From a virus (taxonomy: Duplodnaviria > Caudoviricetes): a stretch of DNA of 64,000 nucleotides. The notes beneath the pieces are model-generated. The model was given only the letters and a program-made list of their open reading frames with translations. It searched no databases and had not been told where the DNA came from. A program made the translations under genes and the position numbers. The stretch lies in the IMG/VR virus record IMGVR_UViG_3300029705_006902, positions 10,709 through 74,708 of that record; one strand, written 5' to 3'. Positions 28,008-38,189 of this stretch are shown here, one piece after another. Each line of letters begins with the position of its first letter. The stretch's first letter is position 1.

Positions 28008-28720
28008 CTCGGCATTACATACGCACCGGTTATCCCACCGGAAAAAGTGAATGTATTTCCGCCGGGATAAAGGATCGGGAAACCTTCACCCTCAACAGCA
28101 TCGTTTTCCGGTGTCGAACCTTTATAAAAGTTCATAAGGTCGCTGTCTATTTCGATATACTGCTGAATATTGGAAAAGGTCCAGCTCTTTTTTGAGCCGG
28201 GAGAGGTTATTGTAAGAGTTCCGCTACCATTGCCCGTAAGCATAATATATGGTTTTGCTTCAAAGGCTGTGGGATTTTCAATGACGGTACCGGAAGACAC
28301 GCTGATTTCATTAAAACCATCTACTGCATATCTGAAAGGCAAACAAGAAAAGCTGATAGTGAAAACGCCTATTCGATTAAGCTCATCTTCAATATCAAGC
28401 TTGCTTGCAAACACAGCCTTTCTGAAATACTTCTCATCGTAAGTATCACGCAGTTCGTGATAAACATTCGGTTCTGCGTAAAGCCAGGCTTTAACGGCTG
28501 AAATCTTATCTGCAAGTTCTTCTTTCGATTTTGCGGGTAAGAAAACAGAATAGACCACTTGCACATTTCCATATCTGCCATTCGGTGATATTAAATCTCC
28601 GTTTCTTCCCGGAATAGCGGTAAATTCAGTTTCATATTTCGGCGCAGAAAAAACATCCTTCTTTTCGATGCGAAGACCCATATAATCTGAATTCACGCCT
28701 GCATATTCAAAGTAGTTCAC
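27992..28720 (-). CDS. Distal tail protein (Dit)
   Basis: F.YAGVNS...IPGRNGDLI...FSCLPFRY...FP.LYPG.N; position after TMP. Confidence 0.85.
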   Translation of the reverse strand: MNYFEYAGVNSDYMGLRIEKKDVFSAPKYETEFTAIPGRNGDLISPNGRYGNVQVVYSVFLPAKSKEELADKISAVKAWLYAEPNVYHELRDTYDEKYFRKAVFASKLDIEDELNRIGVFTISFSCLPFRYAVDGFNEISVSSGTVIENPTAFEAKPYIMLTGNGSGTLTITSPGSKKSWTFSNIQQYIEIDSDLMNFYKGSTPENDAVEGEGFPILYPGGNTFTFSGGITGAYVMPRWVTL

Positions 28721-31329
28721 GCAAAGACCACTCCTTTCCTTTGAGCAAACTGTCCGGCTGTTACAAGAATTTCATTTGTAAGGTCACGGACATCTTCACT
28801 CGAATAATTATTGAATTTATCGATGTTAAGCTGAAGAGTAAGACCACTCGTTTTTGAATGCCCCGTCGGAGCATAGAGCTCGTCTCCAAGACTGCTATCA
28901 ACAGAAAAATTCGTGGGAAGAGCTGTTGACATATCCTCTGCGAGAGAATGCATAACATCATTAATGTCTCCGCTCATCTTTTCTGCTGCTTTTACAGCTT
29001 CACCACCGTTGCTGTCAATTGAACCGGAGAGACCCTTTACAAGCATCTCACCGATCCAAGCCATCTCACGAGAAGGTGATCTGATACCGAAGAAATCACA
29101 AATGCCGTCCCAGATGCTGTTTATCCAGGCACTGACCTTGTTCCATAACCAGGATTTTAAGGTTTGAATACCTGACCATAAACCCTGAACGATATTTTTA
29201 CCGACATTGGTAATTTTGTAGATTTGTCCGGTTAAGGTATTTACAATGCCTGTGATGATTTGAGGTACGGCCTTTACAATACTTGCAATTACAGACGGCA
29301 GATTTTTAATGAGTGATACAAGCAAGGTAACACCGACTTTCGCAATCTTACCTACATTGTTCGTAAAGAGCGTCACAATAGAAGTAACAATCTGTGGAAG
29401 AGCTGCTACGATTGTTGTAATAATCTGCGGTAATGAACTTATCAAAGAAACAAGTAATCTGACACCAGCCTCAATGATGAGAGGTATATTGCTTAAAATT
29501 GCATTGATAACACTTGTAATAATCTGCGGAATAGCAGTAAGTATTGTTTGAATGATGGTCGGTAGATTTGTAATCAGTGAAGTTAAGAGCTGTATACCTG
29601 CGTCAATGATAAGGGGTATCGATTCAAGTAAGAAATTTACTATCGCACCGATTACCTCGGGCAGAGCTTCAACCAACACAGGTATTGCTGCGAGAATACC
29701 CTCAACCAAGCCAAGCACCAACTGCAAGGCCGCATTGAGAATGAGAGGCAGGTTTTCTACCAAGGTAGTACAAATCTGTACAACCATACTGATAATCGAT
29801 GGTATAAGGGTCGGCAATGCAGTACCTATTCCCATAGCCAAAGTTGCTACAACTTGTAAAGCTGTCTCAAGTATCATCGGCAAGTTTGCGATTATACCCT
29901 CCAGCAGCGTAACTACAAGCAATAAAGCCGCCTCACCGATTTGCGGTAACGCTTCGGTAAGACCCGTCAAAATAGTAAAAATAATCTGTGAAGTACTTTC
30001 TACTATTTGAGGTAGGTTATCGACAATAGCACCGCCCAATGCAGAAATAATCTCACCGACTATTTCAATCATTTCAGGTACGAACTCCATCATAAGGTCA
30101 AGAGCTTTCGGTAAAATCCCACCGATTACATCTGACATTGCTCCTATGTCACCATTTGCATCAAGTATTCCGTTGGTGAACTCACCGAGAAGACCTACGC
30201 CTTCTCCGGCAAGCTGTGTCAGGATGGGAAGAAGAACAGTGCCGAGAGCATTTTTGGCAGCATCAGCGCCGACTGCCAAATACTGAAGTTGGTCATCGAA
30301 AGCACCATAAGCATTGAGCATATCATCGCTGATGACATATCCGGCAGCTTGTGCTTGTTCACCAAGTTCATTCATTCTTTCAGCTCCGGCTTCAATTAAT
30401 GGGTTTAATTCCTGCGCGGATTTACCGAGAATTTGCATTGCAAGAGCATCACGCTCGGTTTCATTTTCCATTTTGCCGAGTGCATCGATAACTTCCCAAT
30501 ATACGGTATCCGAATCACGCATGGTACCGTCAGCATTGAGAACAGACACACCAAGTGCATCGTAGGCTTCAACGGAGAGTTTGGTACCGTCTTGCACAGC
30601 CTTCATCGATTTGATTTGTTTTGCCATCGACTTGGTGAGAGTTTCGGTAGAAACATCCACAAGTTCAGCGGCATACATATATTCCTGGAGCTTATCTGTG
30701 GCAATGCCTGTCTGCGTTGATGTAGTTAAAACATCATCGGCATAAGCTGCACCTTCTTTTGACATGTCAATAAGAGCCTTGCCGGCGGCAACAGCAGCTG
30801 TGCCTACGGCAGCGAAAGCTGTAGCCATTGCTGCACCTACTGCCTTACATACACTGCCGAGCTTTTCGAACTTGCCACTGGCATCTTCACTTTCCTTGCC
30901 GGCATCTTCGATTTCCTCTCCGAAATCATCTGCATTCTTTTCTGCATCATCGAGTCCATCGGAAGCCTTTTCGAGTTGGCTATTGTTTTCCTTAAGCTCA
31001 CTTTCAAGGCCATTAAGGGCTGCCTCAGCGTTGTTTAATTGTATCTGCCAGTTTTGTGTTCTTCGGTCATTTTCACCAAAAGAAGTGGCGGCATTTTCCA
31101 GTGCCGCCTTAAGAGTTTCAATTTTCTGTTTTTGTGCTTCAATTTCTTTATTTAAAACCTGGTTACGAGCAGTGAGAGCTTCGACAGAGTTATCATTTTT
31201 ACCGAACTGCGACTGAACGAGCTTCATTTCAGAACCGAGAACCTTAAAACTCTGATTAATTTCAGATAAGGCTTTCTTGAACTCTTTTTCACCTTCAAGT
31301 CCGATTTTTAAACCGAAATCATCTGCCAT
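28717..31329 (-). CDS. Tape measure protein
   Basis: MADDFGLKIGLEGEKEFKKAL; coiled coil; 11-residue amphipathic LPxII repeats; FGIRSPSR. Confidence 0.93.
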   Translation of the reverse strand: MADDFGLKIGLEGEKEFKKALSEINQSFKVLGSEMKLVQSQFGKNDNSVEALTARNQVLNKEIEAQKQKIETLKAALENAATSFGENDRRTQNWQIQLNNAEAALNGLESELKENNSQLEKASDGLDDAEKNADDFGEEIEDAGKESEDASGKFEKLGSVCKAVGAAMATAFAAVGTAAVAAGKALIDMSKEGAAYADDVLTTSTQTGIATDKLQEYMYAAELVDVSTETLTKSMAKQIKSMKAVQDGTKLSVEAYDALGVSVLNADGTMRDSDTVYWEVIDALGKMENETERDALAMQILGKSAQELNPLIEAGAERMNELGEQAQAAGYVISDDMLNAYGAFDDQLQYLAVGADAAKNALGTVLLPILTQLAGEGVGLLGEFTNGILDANGDIGAMSDVIGGILPKALDLMMEFVPEMIEIVGEIISALGGAIVDNLPQIVESTSQIIFTILTGLTEALPQIGEAALLLVVTLLEGIIANLPMILETALQVVATLAMGIGTALPTLIPSIISMVVQICTTLVENLPLILNAALQLVLGLVEGILAAIPVLVEALPEVIGAIVNFLLESIPLIIDAGIQLLTSLITNLPTIIQTILTAIPQIITSVINAILSNIPLIIEAGVRLLVSLISSLPQIITTIVAALPQIVTSIVTLFTNNVGKIAKVGVTLLVSLIKNLPSVIASIVKAVPQIITGIVNTLTGQIYKITNVGKNIVQGLWSGIQTLKSWLWNKVSAWINSIWDGICDFFGIRSPSREMAWIGEMLVKGLSGSIDSNGGEAVKAAEKMSGDINDVMHSLAEDMSTALPTNFSVDSSLGDELYAPTGHSKTSGLTLQLNIDKFNNYSSEDVRDLTNEILVTAGQFAQRKGVVFA

Positions 31330-31340
31330 GCTAACACCTC

Positions 31341-32138
31341 CTAATCAGTAATTTTTACGGCAACAACTATGCCTTGTCCCGTAGTTGCCGGGTTTGGAGT
31401 AATGGCAACGGAAACTATAGTAGGCGGAGTTGTGTCCGGTATCTTTTCAAATGTTGCTGTGTATGATTTTGATGTTGTGAAAGCGTTTATAAGATTTGCA
31501 TCTACACTAAAAGTGCGCGATGCATTTGTGTTGCCATCAGACCAGGAAACGAATCTGTACCCGGCAGAGGGTGTAGCTTTTATCGTATAAGAAGTTCCGA
31601 ATTTATATGTCCCTGCTCCGCTGACAGTGCCACCGCCATTTGAGTTCACGCTGACAACACAAGACGGTTCCGTATAGTCGATGGCAAAGGATGAGCTTTT
31701 CCAATACCACTTTCGGGTGATGGTTGCCGAAAACCATATACACAAGTTTTTTGTTCCTGAATAAACTCCGGCTTTTGATGTCATTGAATTAAACATATCC
31801 GTCAAACGTTTTGACGTACCATCAATAACACTGTTTTTGTTAATCGCAGCAGTTAAGTAATCTTTACCCGTTTGAAACAAAGGATCTATTTTGTAGCCAC
31901 CGGCTGAAAAATATGAATCCGTTTCTGCTTCAAGGTTGTAACGACAGTCACCTTTGGTAGAAAGACTGGTTTTAAATTGTAATGTAACTCTTACATCATC
32001 AATTCTTGAATATGCTGGAATGTACATCTGCATCTGACTAACAGAGGATGAGGCGTTTGTTACAAGTAAACAGTGGGTCATTTTAAGACCGGTGCCCTCT
32101 GTATTATCACTACAGAAAGACACAGAACGTGTAGGCAT
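31341..32138 (-). CDS. Putative virion protein with InlB-B/bacterial-repeat domain
   Basis: GGTVSGAGTY..G....IKATPSAGYRFVSWSDG; C-terminal PPTIVSVAITPNP motif. Confidence 0.6.
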   Translation of the reverse strand: MPTRSVSFCSDNTEGTGLKMTHCLLVTNASSSVSQMQMYIPAYSRIDDVRVTLQFKTSLSTKGDCRYNLEAETDSYFSAGGYKIDPLFQTGKDYLTAAINKNSVIDGTSKRLTDMFNSMTSKAGVYSGTKNLCIWFSATITRKWYWKSSSFAIDYTEPSCVVSVNSNGGGTVSGAGTYKFGTSYTIKATPSAGYRFVSWSDGNTNASRTFSVDANLINAFTTSKSYTATFEKIPDTTPPTIVSVAITPNPATTGQGIVVAVKITD

Positions 32139-32139
32139 A

Positions 32140-32436
32140 TTAATCACGCTCCTTAACAACAATATCTATATATGCTTTCAACTTTTCAGGTGGAATTTCA
32201 ACATTCACCACGAGATGATATAAGCCTTTATGCGAGGGGGATAAAAATACACGAAGGCATCTGCCGTCAATTTGGCAGACACCCTCGCTTTCAATTGATT
32301 CAGTTTTATGCTCAATCAGTTTATATTTTGCATCAGTGATAACAATCGTTTCATCAGCATCTTTGCTGCAAACCATAAAGTCGATATACTTTTCTTCACC
32401 GAGCAAAAATGTGCGTGATTCAATCACAGTTACCAC
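32140..32436 (-). CDS. Small Ig-like/beta-sandwich protein
   Basis: 98 aa, all-beta pattern, coupled in the cluster. Confidence 0.5.
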   Translation of the reverse strand: MVTVIESRTFLLGEEKYIDFMVCSKDADETIVITDAKYKLIEHKTESIESEGVCQIDGRCLRVFLSPSHKGLYHLVVNVEIPPEKLKAYIDIVVKERD

Positions 32437-32719
32437 CGTCCTTTATAATAACAAGTTCGAGTTTTTGAGGTAGGAGCTGAATTTTATATTTGCTTTCTTT
32501 TAAACAAAGATGAACCCTGCCTTTAAGCATATATAGAATTCCCGTCCAATAAGCAAAATAGCCCTCACTGTCGAGGGCGTAAATCTCTGTAGCGTATTGA
32601 CCATCAGTCATATCGGGAGGTACGGTGCATTCCCACTCATTACCTCCCGTTGGTGTAAACTCAAGGTCAAAGTTATCAGCCTTGCCGTAAACTCGAACTA
32701 TCTGTCTGTCAGTTCTCAT
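32420..32719 (-). CDS. Small Ig-like (Big_3-type) protein
   Basis: WECTVPPDMTDGQYATEIYALDSEG. Confidence 0.6.
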   Translation of the reverse strand: MRTDRQIVRVYGKADNFDLEFTPTGGNEWECTVPPDMTDGQYATEIYALDSEGYFAYWTGILYMLKGRVHLCLKESKYKIQLLPQKLELVIIKDGGNCD

Positions 32720-33629
32720 CGACTACTACCGAAATGGTATAAGTCTTACCTGCATCGGCAGGATTAGGCTCGATGACAACGGAACGGATAACGGGAGCGT
32801 TGGTTTTTACTGTAACAGTCCTTGTAACAGTTGTAGTCTTGCCGGCAGAGTCTGTTGCGGTAACTTTGATTTCGTTAACGCCTTCATCAAGGGTTATATC
32901 CTTGGTAAACGAACCATCACCGCTTACAGTAACCGTACCTTGGTCCTTTGTACCTACAGAAATCTTAACCGTTACAGGTGTTGAAATACTGTCGGAGGTT
33001 GTACCGGAAACAGTGATAGTTTTCTTATTGGTGATTGAACCCTGGGTAGGACTTGTAACATTAAGAGAAGGAGCAACTGTGTCAACTGTAAACGAAACGG
33101 ATTTTGTTACTGCGGCGTTACCATCGTTATCCGATACATCGATTGATATGTTGTTTTCTCCATCGGGAAGAACGGATGAAGGTGTGTAGGTGCAGTTGTA
33201 TCCACCCGTGACAGGACTTGAGGAAATCTTCGATACATCGACTTTTGCACCGTTAACTTTAAGCACAAGGCTTGAAAGATTAATACCGGAGAAGCCTGAT
33301 GTCTGTGATACATTATCAAGAATAGTAAATGCAATTGCGGGTTTGCCATCCGTATTAAGAGCACCATCTGTAGGTGAAATAATACTGATAACAGGAACAA
33401 CTTTCTCTTTAACAACAAGACGAAGGCTCGAACCGAGGGTAGAATGGTTACTGTCTGCTGTCGCTGTGTTTCCGGCATCATCAGTAGCCGAAACCGACAC
33501 AGGATAATAGCCGCCATCAAGATTAAACGATGAACCCTGGGGAGCATTGAGCGTTGCTTCATAAGCACCCGTTGAAGAGTTATATGTCAAAGTATATGTT
33601 TGACCATTTATGGTTGTTGTTACTTGCAT
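32709..33629 (-). CDS. Ig-like domain repeat protein
   Basis: Three Ig-like units (VSATDDAGN, DVSDNDGN, TATDSAGK; DTVAPSL); C-terminal APVIRSVVIEPNP motif. Confidence 0.75.
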   Translation of the reverse strand: MQVTTTINGQTYTLTYNSSTGAYEATLNAPQGSSFNLDGGYYPVSVSATDDAGNTATADSNHSTLGSSLRLVVKEKVVPVISIISPTDGALNTDGKPAIAFTILDNVSQTSGFSGINLSSLVLKVNGAKVDVSKISSSPVTGGYNCTYTPSSVLPDGENNISIDVSDNDGNAAVTKSVSFTVDTVAPSLNVTSPTQGSITNKKTITVSGTTSDSISTPVTVKISVGTKDQGTVTVSGDGSFTKDITLDEGVNEIKVTATDSAGKTTTVTRTVTVKTNAPVIRSVVIEPNPADAGKTYTISVVVDEN

Positions 33630-33646
33630 ATTCTTTTATCCTTTCG

Positions 33647-33856
33647 TTAGATTCCGTCGGGGATAATATCATCAATGAAATTTTCCCTTTTCGGTTTGGA
33701 TATGCCTGTGAATTGTTTGTGGCACTCCCACAGGTCAAGGAGTAATCCGAAAGGCATCAGCATGGTTTCATCCATTGTAAGATTGAGCTGTGCCATTCCG
33801 TAATAAAGAAGTCGAGTAAACAACTCTTCGTCACTTACTCGACCACTGCGTTTTTT
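33647..33856 (-). CDS. Tail assembly chaperone GT extension (-1 frameshift product)
   Basis: -1 frame after A AAA AAC: RSGRVSDEELFTRLLYYGMAQL...PFGLLLDLWECHKQF...IIPDGI. Confidence 0.75.
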   Translation of the reverse strand, partial: KKRSGRVSDEELFTRLLYYGMAQLNLTMDETMLMPFGLLLDLWECHKQFTGISKPKRENFIDDIIPDGI

Positions 33857-34218
33857 GGCTCGTTTTCGCTTTCGATATTACGCTTCGTTCCTTTATACAG
33901 AGCCTCTGTAATTGCTGTCTTGTATTCGGCAAATTCAAAGGGTGTGGTGAGGATTTCAACCTCTTCTTCCGTTAAGAGAGGTTTTGGGGTTTCCTTATTC
34001 TTAAGATTGAAAATAAGGATAGACTGATTTGCGAGAAGAGTAACAAGCCACACAATTTCGGCTATTGCCATTTCAAAGTTTTCACTTTTCATCAGCTTAT
34101 CACCGAGATTTTCAAGACCGCCGTAACGACTTGCTATTTCCTTGGTGGCTCTTGTCGAAAGCACAAGTTCGTACTCTTCACCACCGATGGTGATTTTAGC
34201 ACTGCGTTCGTCAATCAT
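33835..34218 (-). CDS. Tail assembly chaperone (gpG-like)
   Basis: Downstream of MTP; ends PKNAVVE with slippery heptamer at 33850-33856. Confidence 0.85.
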   Translation of the reverse strand: MIDERSAKITIGGEEYELVLSTRATKEIASRYGGLENLGDKLMKSENFEMAIAEIVWLVTLLANQSILIFNLKNKETPKPLLTEEEVEILTTPFEFAEYKTAITEALYKGTKRNIESENEPKNAVVE

Positions 34219-34221
34219 TTA

Positions 34222-34824
34222 TTAACCCTCCTCACTTGCTGCTGAAGCCTGGGAAGGCTCATAAACTTCATCATACCAACCTTTGATGATTGCTGTGTTT
34301 ACAGAACTGTCACCTTCGGTAACTTCTGCTTTCCAGGGGTGTTTCCCGTTTGCGGAGGGTTTGTTTCTGCGAAGAATAGTACCCTCAATGGTAGGTGTTG
34401 AGAAAGTGATTGAATCGCCCTTGGTAGCAAGGTTAGTAGCAGGAATGCCGAACTTAACTCTATACAGCCAGTAGTATTTATACTTTCCGTTTGATTTCTT
34501 TGCTCTGAAACCGACTGCAACGGGGTCAGCACTGTCCTCAGTAGAAGAAACAAGTACATAGTTGTCATCAATCGTTGCGCCTGTAAGGTCAGAAGCAACG
34601 GAAGCACCGATATCATCGATGCCGAGTGAGAGTGTACCTGACTTGAATTCCTTAACGATTTCAGCAGCACCATCATCAGCATAGAGAGTTGCCTCTGCAA
34701 GTTCAACCGAAAGTTCTGCTGTCATTGCTTTTGCAAGGGGTACAGGCTTTGCATAGGTTTCATTGCCGTCTTTGTCTTCGGTAATTTTTGAATAATAAAG
34801 TTTATCAAGACCAATGGTAGCCAT
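34222..34824 (-). CDS. Major tail protein (phi13 family)
   Basis: MATIGLDKLYYSKITED...LYADDG...FSTPTIEG. Confidence 0.92.
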   Translation of the reverse strand: MATIGLDKLYYSKITEDKDGNETYAKPVPLAKAMTAELSVELAEATLYADDGAAEIVKEFKSGTLSLGIDDIGASVASDLTGATIDDNYVLVSSTEDSADPVAVGFRAKKSNGKYKYYWLYRVKFGIPATNLATKGDSITFSTPTIEGTILRRNKPSANGKHPWKAEVTEGDSSVNTAIIKGWYDEVYEPSQASAASEEG

Positions 34825-35168
34825 TAGATTTCCTCCATTTCATAATTTTTTGCCACGTCAATGGCATAATGGTGATATCCGGTACTATCCTCATGGGTGA
34901 TGTACCTTCTATCCGTTATGGTTATATCCGCCTGTAACAACAACCGGACTATTTGATTTTTCTTCTTCGTGTAATTTCCCTTGTCAAAAAGAGAAATCCG
35001 AACTTCTTGTATTTCGTTTATCGGAAAGTTGTCAGCCGATAAAGGAAAAGTATCCACCGTTGGTGTAAGCACGACATAACTTTCCGGGGCAGTATCTGAA
35101 AAAACACCCGTTTCGACAGCAATACCGATACTTTCAATAATGCTTTTAAGTTCCGATAAAAGGCTCAC
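34824..35168 (-). CDS. Tail terminator/completion protein
   Basis: VETGVFSDTAP...GYHHYAIDV; GTG start at 35168. Confidence 0.75.
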   Translation of the reverse strand: MSLLSELKSIIESIGIAVETGVFSDTAPESYVVLTPTVDTFPLSADNFPINEIQEVRISLFDKGNYTKKKNQIVRLLLQADITITDRRYITHEDSTGYHHYAIDVAKNYEMEEI

Positions 35169-35596
35169 AAACCGCCCACCTCGCTTTCGAGGACTTCTTT
35201 CATCCGTGCAATACAAGCGGATTTAGAGGAGGTTTTCGCGGGTTTCAGAAAGGGTTTAGCAGGTTGTCCGTGCCTTCCATATTCGATGATGTTCGCAATT
35301 TTTGCATTGCTTTCACCGTCTGTACGAGGTTCAGAGAAACCTATCTTAATATTGTGGTTGCCGTTTCGGTCGAGCTTCACAGAGGAGAGACCTAAACTTC
35401 GTTCAAGTTCGCCTGTGGAGCGTGACTCATATTTTGTTCCGCTGCCTATAACGGAAGAAAGATTACTTTTTACCTTGGCAAGAACAACCTCACCACCGGC
35501 TTCAAGAACTCTTTCAGCAACCGCATCACTTTTTTCTGCTAATTTCGAGAACTTTGTGAGTAAGTCTTCGGGCAATTTTACTGTAACTTTAGCCAC
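35165..35596 (-). CDS. HK97 gp10-family neck protein
   Basis: STGELERS...ANIIEYG...PAKPFLKPA. Confidence 0.88.
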   Translation of the reverse strand: MAKVTVKLPEDLLTKFSKLAEKSDAVAERVLEAGGEVVLAKVKSNLSSVIGSGTKYESRSTGELERSLGLSSVKLDRNGNHNIKIGFSEPRTDGESNAKIANIIEYGRHGQPAKPFLKPAKTSSKSACIARMKEVLESEVGGL

Positions 35597-35921
35597 TTTC
35601 TTTTACCTCCTTTGCAAGAACTTCAACATACATTCCTCTTCCTTTTACATCCTCAACGGAGATTATTTCAAACACTCTGCCATCGCAGTGTATTTGCATT
35701 TCGGTTGTTACCGTCAAATGTGGGATTGAACGAAAGCGGAAAAGTTCTGTGGCATCAGAGAACACAGCTCTGTTTGCCCATCTTTCACTTCCGTGTCTGC
35801 CTTCACGATAAGCTCTCACAGAAACAATCACATCGTGGCCTATGGTTTTGAAGCCTTCGTTATCTATGGATATTCTCTTGCCCGTAATGTAAATGGGAGT
35901 ATTCATTTTTCCGAAAGACAT
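35589..35921 (-). CDS. Head-tail adaptor/head closure protein
   Basis: FGKMNTPI...F.FRSIP...EIISVEDVKGRGMY. Confidence 0.85.
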   Translation of the reverse strand: MSFGKMNTPIYITGKRISIDNEGFKTIGHDVIVSVRAYREGRHGSERWANRAVFSDATELFRFRSIPHLTVTTEMQIHCDGRVFEIISVEDVKGRGMYVEVLAKEVKESG

Positions 35922-35926
35922 AAGGC

Positions 35927-36238
35927 TCACACCTTCCAATCTCTATCGAGTCGTAAAAGAAGATTTACTGTATTCCACACCTGGCTTGATGCCTGGGTGT
36001 TGTCCGCAAAGAAACCGCCCGTAGAGCCATCTCTACTTTCATAGAAATGGCTTACGAGCATAATTACCGCTTGTTCTGTAGTTGGAGGCATTTTGTTTTC
36101 CTTATAGAACCCCTCTTGAATATGTTGATAGCTTTCGGCGTAGGAAACCGCAGCCGTTATATATTGTAAGAGAAGTGCATCATCGGCTGAATGCTCAAGT
36201 ATAAGGTTTTGCTTAACTTTCGTTAATAAATGCTCCAT
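35927..36238 (-). CDS. Head-tail connector (gp6-like)
   Basis: VKQNLILEHSADDALL...AVIMLVSHFYESR. Confidence 0.9.
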   Translation of the reverse strand: MEHLLTKVKQNLILEHSADDALLLQYITAAVSYAESYQHIQEGFYKENKMPPTTEQAVIMLVSHFYESRDGSTGGFFADNTQASSQVWNTVNLLLRLDRDWKV

Positions 36239-36253
36239 AGTAGGTCACCTTTA

Positions 36254-37450
36254 TCAAGCACCCATCTGAAGAACCTTAACAGCTTCGGGTACGATAAGTC
36301 TCGCATCCACACGCTTGGTGGCAAGGAAACCTACCTGGCCTGTTGCTGCATAAAGCTCGTTGAGACGCTTGAATGTAACGCCCTGGCGGTCACCAATCCA
36401 GTAATATGAAAGGTCACCGAATGCGATAGTCTTCGCGCTTGCTTCAATACCAGGAACGGAAACAGAAGTATAAACAGGCTTACCAAGGAGAGTATCGGGC
36501 TGACCTTCCTTGAGAGCTGCCTGCCAAATATACTGGCCGTTGTTATCCTTGAGCTTGCGAATTGCAGCGATGGTTGAATCGTTAAGAAGCCATACAGCTT
36601 TCTTTCTGTAAGGCGCACGAAGTGAGTAATAAAGGTTGATGATTTCATCAGCTGTGATTTCAGTTGCGGATGCAGCTGTTACACCGACTTCAGCACCCTC
36701 TGCATCAGTAAAGAGACCGAGAGGCTTACCATTACCGTTACCGATAAGGAATGCTTCCTCTTCGGCACTGCTCATACGCTTGGTGAATTCATCACGGAAA
36801 TATCCTTCAAGGTCAAATGCAGAGTCATTAAGAAGCTCTTCGGAAACCTTAATAAGAGCTGTGAGCTTGTGAGCGCCGATTGACTTCTGACCGAATGTAT
36901 CATCACTTTCGGGAATAGCACCTGCTTCTTCAACCCAAGAAGCAACGCCACGGGATGCAACAACAGGAATTCTGTGAACACCTGTTGAGGTTGTAAATGT
37001 GTGTGCAAGTTTACGGAAGATAAGATCATCGTGAAGAGCTGTGATGAGGTTCTTCTCAAAGGTTTCAGGAACAAGGAAACCGCCCTCGGTATCCACACCT
37101 TCGCTCAAAGCGTTACGCACTTCAATAGAAGAACGGTCACGCATCTGATTCCAGAACGCATTCTTGTATGTATCGGAAGCTCTGCCGGTCTTGTCATCGG
37201 TTTTCTTTGCTTCGGGTTTTTCTGTGATGGGTGTGCTTGTAGGAGCACTAAGCTGACGCTCAAGAGCATCGGCTCTCTGCTGACGTTCGATTTCACGAGT
37301 AAGGTCAGCAATTTCCTTTTCCATCTTGTCGTAGGTTTCGGTATCTTCAGCTGAAAGAATACCCTTGTCGTTTCTGTGCGAATCAAGGAATGCTTTTGCA
37401 TCTTCCCAGGCCTTTGCACGTGTTGTCATTAATTCGTTAATTTTACTCAT
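36254..37450 (-). CDS. Major capsid protein (HK97 fold)
   Basis: Coiled-coil delta domain; EGGFLVPE; LLGKPV; FGDLSYY; start MSKINEL. Confidence 0.95.
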   Translation of the reverse strand: MSKINELMTTRAKAWEDAKAFLDSHRNDKGILSAEDTETYDKMEKEIADLTREIERQQRADALERQLSAPTSTPITEKPEAKKTDDKTGRASDTYKNAFWNQMRDRSSIEVRNALSEGVDTEGGFLVPETFEKNLITALHDDLIFRKLAHTFTTSTGVHRIPVVASRGVASWVEEAGAIPESDDTFGQKSIGAHKLTALIKVSEELLNDSAFDLEGYFRDEFTKRMSSAEEEAFLIGNGNGKPLGLFTDAEGAEVGVTAASATEITADEIINLYYSLRAPYRKKAVWLLNDSTIAAIRKLKDNNGQYIWQAALKEGQPDTLLGKPVYTSVSVPGIEASAKTIAFGDLSYYWIGDRQGVTFKRLNELYAATGQVGFLATKRVDARLIVPEAVKVLQMGA

Positions 37451-37466
37451 AGTAATTTTTCTCCCT

Positions 37467-38189
37467 TCAAGGTTTAATAAGTTCGAGTCTTTTAATAAGC
37501 TCGTCATAGGATGTACCGGGTTTAACCGGTTCTTTCGCTGCTTCGGTTTCTCTTTTTCGAGAGAGTCTTGACATCAGTGAATTTGTCACTGCTTTACGGC
37601 TGAAGGTGAAGCTATCTTCAACCTTGAGTGTTTCTTCATCTTCTGAATCCTTTTTGAAAAGCAAGTCATCGGCAAAACCGAGTTCGATTGCTTTCTTTGC
37701 ATTCATCCAGGTTTCAGCATCCATGAAGTGGGACAGCTTTGCACGGGACAGACCCGTTTTGATTTCATAAGCGTTGATGATGCTTTCCTTTACTTCAGCA
37801 AGCATATCCATAGCTTTCTTCATCTCATCGCTGTCTCCAATGGCTACGGTCAAGGGATTGTGAATCATCATAAGTGCTGTGGGTGACATCAGTACTTTCG
37901 TACCTGCCATAGCAATTACTGAAGCGGCGGATGCAGCAATACCGTCAATCTTCACGGTTACATTTCCCTTGTAATCCATAAGCATGTTATAAATCTGTGC
38001 GGCAGCAACGCAGTCACCACCGGGTGAGTTAATCCAAACAACAATGTCACCCTGACCGGCTTCCAACTCAGCTCTGAACGCCTTGGGGGTGACATCGTCG
38101 TCGAACCAACTTTCATCTGCGATAGAACCGCAAAGGTAAAGGGTGCGAGTTCCATCGTTTTCTGTTTTGAAATTCCAGAATTTATTCAT
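37467..38189 (-). CDS. ClpP-type head maturation protease
   Basis: INSPGGD, GIAASAASVI, MIHNP, ETWM.A..A...GFAD. Confidence 0.95.
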   Translation of the reverse strand: MNKFWNFKTENDGTRTLYLCGSIADESWFDDDVTPKAFRAELEAGQGDIVVWINSPGGDCVAAAQIYNMLMDYKGNVTVKIDGIAASAASVIAMAGTKVLMSPTALMMIHNPLTVAIGDSDEMKKAMDMLAEVKESIINAYEIKTGLSRAKLSHFMDAETWMNAKKAIELGFADDLLFKKDSEDEETLKVEDSFTFSRKAVTNSLMSRLSRKRETEAAKEPVKPGTSYDELIKRLELIKP

